Origin: the human T2T-CHM13v2.0 reference genome, Homo sapiens
Assembly: GCF_009914755.1 (NCBI RefSeq)
Contig: NC_060941.1
Reading direction: 5' to 3' (one strand)
DNA: 64,000 nucleotides
Positions 29,480 to 64,000 of the stretch are shown piece after piece. Every line of letters starts with the position of its first letter. Position 1 is the first letter of the stretch. The notes under the pieces are model-generated. The model was not told where the DNA came from, did not search any database, and saw nothing but the letters and a program-made list of their open reading frames with translations. The position numbers and the translations under genes were made by a program.

Positions 29480-30347
29480 CAGCAAAAAAAAAACAAACTT
29501 GTTTTCCTGTGCTCTCACGCTACGGTCAACGTGGGAGAATTCTGTTTGGCGGCCTCTGGTCACCAAGAAGTGGGTGGGGATTTCTCCCCATGAACAACCA
29601 ATCCAGCCTCAGACCCCACCTGAGTGTCTTCTAATTCAATTCAATTCAATTCTGACACTATCTACCTGAAGATAGGGTTAGATCCCACAGGTTGGGTACT
29701 CAGTCCCCAAGATTACCCCCTCTTCAGATGCCGGTCGCCAGCCCCAGGTGGTTTTACCTGCACGTCTGACCATCTGGCTATAAATCAGGGTTCCCACAAA
29801 CCTCTCCTAAGGTTCAGTAATTTGCAGGAGCAGCTCACAGAACTCAGGGAAACACCTACTTAGGCTTACCAGTTTCTCAAGGACACTGCAAAGGATTCCG
29901 ATGAACACCAGGTGGAGAAGATGCACGGGGCAATGCTGTGGGGAGGGGCGTGGAGTCTCCCATGCCCTCTCTGGGCACACCACCTGACAGTTGCCTCCAC
30001 ATGTTCAGCTGTATCAGGAAGCTCTCCGAACCCGGTCCTTCTGGGTTTTTAGGAAAGCTTCATTACGTAGGCATGAGTGATTACATCATTGGCCATTGGT
30101 GATCAGCTTAACCTTCAGCCCCTCTCCCCTTCCGGAGGTTGGGGGATGGGACTAAAAGTCCCAACCCTCCAATCCTGACTAGGTCTTTCCGGTGACCAGC
30201 CCCAATCCTGAAGCTATCTAGGGAATTCCAACCACCAGTCATTAACATATAAAAGAAACTCTTATCACTCCGGAGATTCCAACCGTGTTAGGAGCTAAGT
30301 GTCAGGAAATGGGGACAAAAACCAAATATATATTTCACAATATCACA
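29480..30347 (-). mobile_element. Near full-length MER21-family solo LTR
   Basis: Reverse complement begins tgtgatattgtgaaatatatatttgg. Contains ctagatagcttcaggattggggctggtcaccggaaagacc and (aattc)n. Confidence 0.8.
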
Positions 30348-30964
30348 CCCATCTATCACCATAATGATTTTCTCCTTTCTGCATATTGCCTGTACTATTA
30401 CATACTAATATTCGTATCAGCTGATATTTTTCCCTTACATTTAAGTGGACACTTATCATTGCAGTCATGAATGGTAAGACAGTATCACTTTGTCACAAAT
30501 AAAAGGTAACAATAAAAATAAAGCAAAATGATGTTATTAAAGTCTAATACCAGGATCATAAAGCCACTAGTACAGAGATTTTGTTCTTAATTCTGGATTC
30601 CCATCTTTGTACATACACTAAATGGTTTGCATGTAAAAATGCATTATACTTAGATATGCATAGAGCATGTCGGTGTGTTTCCTTGATCTCAAACCATTTG
30701 AATGAAGAACGGTTCTGTGCAGTTACCTGAAAGTAAAAGAACCTTAACAGCAACCCGGATTTATATTTTAGAACCTCAATCAGAAACAAAATTGGAAAAG
30801 TACTCTTTTGTTCTTCATGAATTGCAAAATAACCTCCAGGGTGAACCAGCCTGGCTCCAGGACTGCTTGCACAGTAAACATATATACTTGTTAGAACTTC
30901 GGAGAATATTCACATTGGAAAAACCTTAAAGCTCTGAAAATGTTTTACATTTTGTGTTTTTAAG

Positions 30965-31151
30965 ACCTTGCCACCATGGAAGAAAGAGTACAAAGACGAT
31001 ATTATGAAAAGCTGACGGAATTTGTGGCAGATATGACCAAAATTTTTGATAACTGTCGTTACTACAATCCAAGTGACTCCCCATTTTACCAGTGTGCAGA
31101 AGTTCTCGAATCATTCTTTGTACAGAAATTGAAAGGCTTCAAAGCTAGCAG
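30965..31151 (+). CDS. BPTF: BPTF coding exon, bromodomain C-terminal helices ([14 protein letters not shown]...[18 protein letters not shown]...KGFKASR)
   Basis: tgtttttaag|ACCTT ... AGCAG|gtgagc. 187 nt, phase 1->2. NCxYYN acetyl-lysine-binding Asn motif. Confidence 0.96.
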
Positions 31152-31351
31152 GTGAGCAGATGGGTTCGGTATTCTGAATTAATTCAACTCTTCACACTCT
31201 TTATACTATTCTGTCTAACGATTCAACCAGTGCAGTTTATGGTAAATTTAACCTTAAATATCTTTAAAAAAAAATAAATAAATCAAGACTCCAGGGTTAT
31301 GATCTACTGCCAAGGAGAAGTGGACAAATTGCTGGGTTTGTTGTTGATCTA

Positions 31352-36378
<5,027 letters not shown>

Positions 36379-37061
36379 ATTACAATGTAAAGAGTTGTAT
36401 AAGGGCAACTTGCTGTTGCCTTTTTAGGGAATTTCTATTGTTTTCCAGATTTAAGGCAGAATGAAACATAACTAGCCAGTTATTGAAAATTGATTTATTT
36501 ATGGATTTTCAGAATTTCCTTTGCCATATTTTCCCATTTTATGATCTCCAGCATTGTTTGCACATTGTTTTCATTACTGCACTTTGTTATAATTCATCAT
36601 TTATACCATCCATATTCTTTCTTTTCTTACAGATTGTGATATCTTTAGTCTGAATTTTTAACTGGAATCAGAACTGGATGTTGGGGTCACTCTTTGTTTT
36701 ATTGTACCTCGTGATTACCTAATTCAAAATTGCCCCCCAAAAAGTCAGATTAGTTAATATAATTTTTTAATGTTAAAGATGTATCGTGGTAAAAAATTTA
36801 CTCTAGCAGCCATGTTGAACAATGTATTTAAAAATTGTAAACTCTTGGAATACTGTATTTATCTGCTATTTCAATATAAAGTCCTTTGACTTAGTCCTGG
36901 TAACTGTACAGTAATTTGGTTTACTAATGAAAGTTGTGAATAAAACTGTGAAACTAGAAGGGAGACTTTCTGGACTTTAATAGAAAAATGTGATTTTAAG
37001 ATTGCTTTTTCTTTTGTTTTAGCGTAATTTTTCCCTTTATATTCCCCTCATCAATGTAAAT

Positions 37062-37063
<2 letters not shown>

Positions 37064-37107
<44 letters not shown>
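37064..37107. repeat. (AC)22 microsatellite; (TA)n at ~37188-37211
   Basis: Perfect dinucleotide run ~330 nt upstream of the terminal exon acceptor. Confidence 0.95.
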
Positions 37108-37109
<2 letters not shown>

Positions 37110-37438
37110 TTCACCACAATGGTAATGCTTCTGTAAATGCCTCTATTTGTCCAGTTGGCTGAAAATGTTGTAATCTTTATTAGACAAATATATATATATA
37201 TATATATATATTTAAATATTGGCTTTTTCCAGTGAGCTATTATGTTTAGTGTACAGTGAAAAGTTTTAATATTATAGGTTAAAATTTTCTTAATCGTTCT
37301 TTTCTATTCGCTTGCCAAGGGTGAATGAAAGAACATGGCTGCTTCTCCCAGACTGACTGACCTTGGCATCCGCATAAAGCATCATTGTTTTCAAAAATGA
37401 AGGGTGCTTAATTGTTCCCTTTTTTCTATATTCTGTAG

Positions 37439-37475
37439 GTCTCATAACAACAAACTGCAGTCTACAGCTTCTTAA
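37439..37475 (+). CDS. BPTF: BPTF terminal exon, coding part (RSHNNKLQSTAS*)
   Basis: tttttctatattctgtag|G TCT CAT ... TCT TAA. Phase 2 matches the previous exon. Confidence 0.94.
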
Positions 37476-38312
37476 AGTTCAGCGTGTTAACCTAACATAA
37501 AACACAGCAAGAATCTGGTTGTCTGAACTATTTTAAATTAAGGAGCCAGATGTTTTTAGTCAGGCTATCCTGACAAGACTTGACCTAAACTTCGTTTTTA
37601 TTGGTCATAACAGTCCAATTATATTCTTGGCCAATTTTGTCCAACGGACAAGAAAAAAGCAAAGTCAACGACACCATTATCTTGTCAAGATCAGATGGTT
37701 TTACTATTGTGGCAGAAGCGAGAAAACTTTGTTTATTGAAAAAAAAAGAAAAAGAAAGCAAGAAAAAAAGATACTATGGGGTCAAGTGTAACTCCATGGA
37801 AATGCCACGTCTGCTCTTCAGTGAAGAAGCTGGTTTAGAGTCTCACAGAAAACTTTTGACTGTATTTATTTATTGTTGCAAAAAAGACGCTTTTTTATTG
37901 CTGCCCTCATTTGTCAGCTAAGTATTTTTTCTTATAAAATCCAGCCCCGGTTACATATAATCATCTGTATCTTATCATGATTCCTGTAGGTAAAAGTACA
38001 AGACGACCTCTAGATGTCTTTTCTTTCTATGAAAGGAGCTGCTATGTACACATGTGCACACACACACAACTGGGAATCAACAATGAGTTTATTGTTCATG
38101 GTAGATTAAAATTAAGCTTGCATAAAGGTTGGGCTAAGTGGTCCTGGACTACAGACTCTGTTGCCTTGAATATAACAGTACAATTTGTCAATTACTCTGC
38201 ACCAGGCTAAAGTGAGTAAAATCTATTTGAAGGTATCTTGTTTGTAAACATTTGTCAGATTCTAATTTTTTTCTTTTGTATTAAAATTCAACTATGGATG
38301 TATATGAAACAA

Positions 38313-38318
38313 AATAAA
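38313..38318 (+). terminator. Candidate proximal polyadenylation signal in the BPTF 3'UTR
   Basis: AATAAA preceded by several TGTA motifs and followed by ggtgtctttgaatgtg. Confidence 0.5.
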
Positions 38319-39539
38319 TGGAGATAATTTTTCTCCCACAGACAGAGGTGTCTTTGAATGTGCGCTAATGATTATCTGTAAGCCTTTGTGGGGAGGGAGG
38401 CCTGCAAGGTCATGAAAGGCAGAAGAGTCTAATTGTGCCTGGATTTCTCCAGGACAGCAGTGGCCCCTCGTTTTATCATTCCCAGTCCATTGTCATCACG
38501 TCAGAGAAAAATCTTCAGGGGTGCTAATCCTGTTGCATCAGTTGATCATACTAACGAGAACGGTAATGCGACAAGATACACATTGCCTTCATCTGTACAT
38601 TCTGTGATACCAGGCAAATTACCAATTACACACAGCTACTTATATTTTATGAAGGGCATTTTTTAGATGACCTCATCCTCTGTGTTATTTGTTGATTGGG
38701 TTTGTTTTCTGTTTGTTGGTTTGTTTGTTTCTTCCACGTAAGGAAAAGTAGTGTAAACAGTAGCGAGAAAATGGAAACCACAGAGGAAGATGTATTTTGC
38801 ATGTTTTTCCTTTCAGTGTTCTTACACGTTGTATCACTGCATTGTGGTAATAGCTTCTATAAAATCTGCCATAGTTGGATTATGCAGCTTTGCAAAAATT
38901 TTTACTAGATTTTGCACTAACTCATATTAGCTTTGTCCTACCAACTTCTGGAATTTATCTAATTATTGTTTTTCAAAGTTTCTTTCCTTTTAATGTTTCC
39001 CTGCTATGCAAAACCTTTCCCAGACCTCAGTTTCTTAAAAGAAAGATGTTGCTACAGTTCCCGATTCTTTCTTATTACAGGCTCAGGTGTACAGGTTATT
39101 CTGGGTTAATTTTATCTAATGAAGCCCATTCCTTTTTGTACATAAAGATGTCACTTAAACTTATGCTTACAAACTAAAGACTAATCGCTCAATATGAAAA
39201 CATGAAAAAATTTTTGCTTAAAGTATTAAGATGGAAGTAGTTAAATATGGGTTATTTTGTCCTTTTACTTTTTTAAAAAATGTTACATATTGTATGCACT
39301 GTGCTGATGCAAGAATTCTACATTTTAATGAATTATAAAATTATTCTGCATCTCATCACATCACAGTATTTCTGTACTATTTATTCATATATATAAATAT
39401 ATATGGGCTTAATCATTTAAAATTTGTTGCAGCAAGAACTTTCCTACCTGTAGGCAATAGATTGCTATGTTTTTAACAAATTGTGGCAAATTCTAAACAG
39501 CAATTCTTTTGTACGTAATAGGACATTTCATCCTAGAAA

Positions 39540-39545
39540 AATAAA
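39540..39545 (+). terminator. BPTF distal polyadenylation signal AATAAA
   Basis: AATAAA with upstream TGTA and downstream GT-rich sequence (ttggatttggtg, tggttggttgg). Confidence 0.75.
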
Positions 39546-39815
39546 GTAATGTTTTTGACATTGGATTTGGTGCAGTTTCTAATGAAGCAATGGTTGGTTG
39601 GTTAATATGTTTTCTATAGCTGTTAGCCTTGCCAAATTGTACAAAAAGGATAAATTTTATGGAAATCTGAAACCAGGAAGATGTTAATTTCATATGTGTA
39701 TTTAACGGTATAAAGTGTTGTATAGTTTCTATCACCATACAAATACATAGACATTTTATAGTTTCATCAACTACAGAGCTTTAGTCCTTCAGAAGTAATT
39801 TTTGAAAAACATACT

Positions 39816-44449
<4,634 letters not shown>

Positions 44450-44473
44450 TTATAACTTTTCTCTTTGTTTTAA

Positions 44474-44817
<344 letters not shown>

Positions 44818-44871
44818 CTATTTGGTCATCTTGTAGTTGTCTCCACCACATTATTCGAGATAACCACTTAG

Positions 44872-46145
<1,274 letters not shown>

Positions 46146-46314
46146 AATTAAACCTTTTTAAAACCAACTGAAAAATGTTTAAAATTCGCTTGCTTGTGAG
46201 CCGTCATTGGTGAATATTGGTTCCAAGGTTTGGGGAATGAATTTGAGAAAGCCTTTTTCTCAAACCTTTAGGGCTCAGTAAGGCTAAAACAAAAACAAAC
46301 AGGTGCATCCAAGA

Positions 46315-47125
46315 TCTGATTTCAAGTCAAGATTTATTGCTTTACAAACAAACATTATACTTGGTCTTAATAGAAAAATGACACCAGATACATCCAAAAT
46401 ACATTTCACATTGGGATAGCTGCCAGTTCAGCACAAAACATACATTACTAGGAGCAGGGAGGCATGAAAATAAACTATATCTTACTTTTTGGTACGTCAG
46501 GAACACTTTTGCCTGAAGTAAGCCCTTTAGTACTATTTTTTATTTTATTTATTTTTTTAATCCACCCATCTGCACACTGGCCCTTTAGTACTCTTTAAGT
46601 ATAAAACTTTACTTGTCCTGGGCTTTGACCCTTGTGTTTGATCTAAATGACATTTCAAACATAAATGTCTTTTGACTAGTGCGCTTACTGTTATGTACAG
46701 AATTTAAAATGTGATCGTTTGAATATAAAATCTGGTTTGATACATGATATAAAAGTTGTATATTTAAATTCAAGAAAATGTTTTTGTGGACTATTTCTAC
46801 TAAAGAATATTAAATTAAAATAATTTAAAAACTTATGAAGCAATGATCTGTTAACTGGACAGGTCAATTATCTGAGCTGTGTAAATCATTGTCTGGCACT
46901 ACAGTTGAATCACCTTGACACTGAGCTCAGGAGCAGCCCATTTAAGAAGCATCTTGTAAATAACAAAGTGACACCTTCGAGATTACAGTTGCAGCTATGC
47001 AAGTCATTCACAGAGTAGCTGAGGGCTCTCTTCTGAAGGAGGACCCATTACATGAAGGTAGACCTTTCATGTCTTGTTGCCGACGTCCAAGTCTCTTGCG
47101 GTCCAGAAATGCCAGGATGGTTGTT
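46315..47125 (-). other. C17orf58: C17orf58 3' UTR (end approximate)
   Basis: Repeat-free AT-rich sequence between the stop codon and AATAAA at 46338-46333. Confidence 0.75.
46333..46338 (-). terminator. C17orf58 polyadenylation signal AATAAA
   Basis: TTTATT on +. On minus it is followed by GU/U-rich tgtttgtttttgtttt. Confidence 0.75.
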
Positions 47126-47386
<261 letters not shown>

Positions 47387-47389
47387 TTA

Positions 47390-47842
<453 letters not shown>

Positions 47843-48131
47843 TTATCACAATCTATCAGGATTTCCCAGAGCACATGTCTAGAAAGATGTGGGAGTGGGT
47901 ATTCCCCGCTACCAACCCCACATACACACCCAAAAAAGCAGCTTTTCTAAACTCGGTTCTGTACAGTCCCTTCTGGCAATGGTGTTTGGTCGTCCACCCC
48001 ATTTGTCAACATCTATTTATTGACAGCCCGCTTTGTGCCAACCCTTGCTGTTCTCACCCTTGAGGGTGGGGGCTGACAGGGCTTAAATCACAGAGTGGCC
48101 GGAATAATACCTGTCGTCTAAATCCCATTCA

Positions 48132-49600
<1,469 letters not shown>

Positions 49601-49671
49601 CTATTTACTCTAAGACTAAACATGTCTTACAACACTGGTTAGATAACAAACTTTTTTGCCCTTCGTTTAAT

Positions 49672-49703
49672 ATATACGTATATGTGTGTATGTGTGCGTG
49701 TGC

Positions 49704-49762
<59 letters not shown>
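49672..49762. repeat. (TG)n(TA)n microsatellite in C17orf58 intron 1
   Basis: tgtgtgtgtg...tatatatata. Confidence 0.95.
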
Positions 49763-49767
<5 letters not shown>

Positions 49768-50829
49768 CATATATAAACATCCGCCTCTTTGCTATTTACA
49801 GTTTGTTGAGAAAGTACCAAGAGCAAACCCCAGGGGGAAAGGTCTCATATTACAGGTTCTCCTAATTCTTTAAGCGCCCCTGACAACAGAACTATTTGGT
49901 TTTCCCATCCATGTTTACACTGTCATCCCGGTCTCTGCAGAATCGAGCATTTGTAAGTGGATTTTTATCTGGCTTCTTGGACACCACTTACTGGTAAACC
50001 ACAGCTAAGGAAGGTTTTAAAAGCTTGGCTGGGAGGCAGAGAGGCCCCTGGTTAAGTATAAAAGCACACGTCGCTTACATTTTTTTCCCCATTAGATGAT
50101 GGAGGAAAGACTCCTAAATGGTATGGCATGAAAACAAATTTTTAAAATTATTAATGATTTTCCCTAGTTCTGCAGACAGGTTGGTGAGTAAACCTCAGCC
50201 AGCTTGGGAGCTGGGCACCTTTCCATACCAGTTACACAATTTCACCTCCTTGCTTGCCTGGGTCCCAGTGCCCTCCAAACAGGCAAGAACTAGCCTTTAT
50301 TTTTCTCTCCCCTTGCATTAAAGAGATGGATCTGCCCATTTGCAGCTCTGGCAACACTTCATTTAAAGTTGATCAGTCTTGCCAAATCGATAATCTGCTT
50401 TAAAATCAGCTTTCACCCAGCAATAATAGCTGGTTAGAGTTCATGTTTTTGCAAAGAGGTTGATTCTGACTCATTATGTTGTTAAACGGTTGTGCCATGC
50501 ACAGCTGAATAAAGTTCTGGTGGATATCCAATTCCTGACTGTCAACTGTTGACCTCACAACTGCTTCCCCATTGATATAACCATCTGTTGTCATGGGAAA
50601 GATTGTCTGATATTTGGGTTAAATGCCACTGAAGTCATTCAATTTCCATGTGGAAAAATAACCCAGAGTAAATTGCCCTGTGAGGTACGGAAACTGTTTT
50701 TCCCAGAGATAGCGAAGCCGACAGAACATCCAAATAAAAGCAAAACAAAAACACGATCCCCCAGAGAACCCCTCATTTCTTCACGGGCTGAGTAACTTAA
50801 TTTCATTTCGTGCATGAAGTATAAGAGTG

Positions 50830-51830
<1,001 letters not shown>

Positions 51831-51995
51831 TTCTAGATTAGGTCAACAACAAATAGGAAAATAGTGCTTAAGACAGCGTGGGTTTGTGGAAGGGAGATTC
51901 CAGATGACAGAGAATGTATCCTGGAATGTGTGTGTTAGGCAATTTCTAGAGAAACCAAGTCACTGCTTCCTTAGTAAAACTGTTTCATTATATAT

Positions 51996-55601
<3,606 letters not shown>

Positions 55602-55767
55602 TCATAGATTTATTGGCCATTTGCATTTCTTCTTTTGTTAATTGCCTGTTCATATGGTTTGTCTATATATGTTCCAAATATTTCCTGTCAAAATTTTGTT
55701 TGTTAAAACCTTTTAGTGATTTTTGCCATAGAACTTTAAAATTATGTATCATAAAATCCATCAAAAA

Positions 55768-63946
<8,179 letters not shown>

Positions 63947-64000
63947 TAGTATTAAATCTTTATAACAACATAATTACAAGCTTGAGACTTCTATTACCCT

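Larger units (their letters stand above)
37476..39565 (+). other. BPTF: BPTF 3' UTR (end approximate)
   Basis: About 2.1 kb, AT-rich and Alu-free, following the stop. Ends ~20 nt after AATAAA at 39540. Confidence 0.8.

Noticed and set aside
50406-50606. Minus-strand 62-aa ORF in C17orf58 intron 1 as a possible extra exon
   Set aside because: The nearest acceptor (50607-50609) in the required phase hits a stop after ~21 codons. Exons 1 and 2 already join in frame, and no homology is recognisable.

Overview
Human (primate) genomic DNA saturated with Alu elements, recognised as the BPTF/C17orf58 locus (17q24.2). Plus strand: the last nine coding exons of BPTF, the NURF subunit (Q/P-rich region, coiled-coil, PHD finger(s), bromodomain, stop at 37475, ~2.1 kb 3'UTR). 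All junctions are GT-AG and phase-compatible. Minus strand, convergent: the complete 4-exon C17orf58 CDS (339 aa; signal peptide, disordered linker, NTR/netrin-like domain) with CpG islands. The remainder is Alu clusters, MER21/MER41/MLT1 LTR remnants, L1/L2/MIR fragments and microsatellites. Highlights: (1) a 174-nt symmetric cassette exon that is a circularly permuted PHD unit and switches BPTF between one hybrid PHD and two tandem PHDs; (2) an inverted-Alu-flanked exon block whose back-splicing gives a 2026-nt circle with a 665-aa PHD-bromodomain ORF (2200 nt / 723 aa with the cassette); (3) a 359-bp Alu-recombination tandem duplication; (4) a near-consensus AluYc1-type insertion with a perfect TSD. 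Exon coordinates were read to the base. Repeat boundaries and subfamily calls are approximate, by eye.
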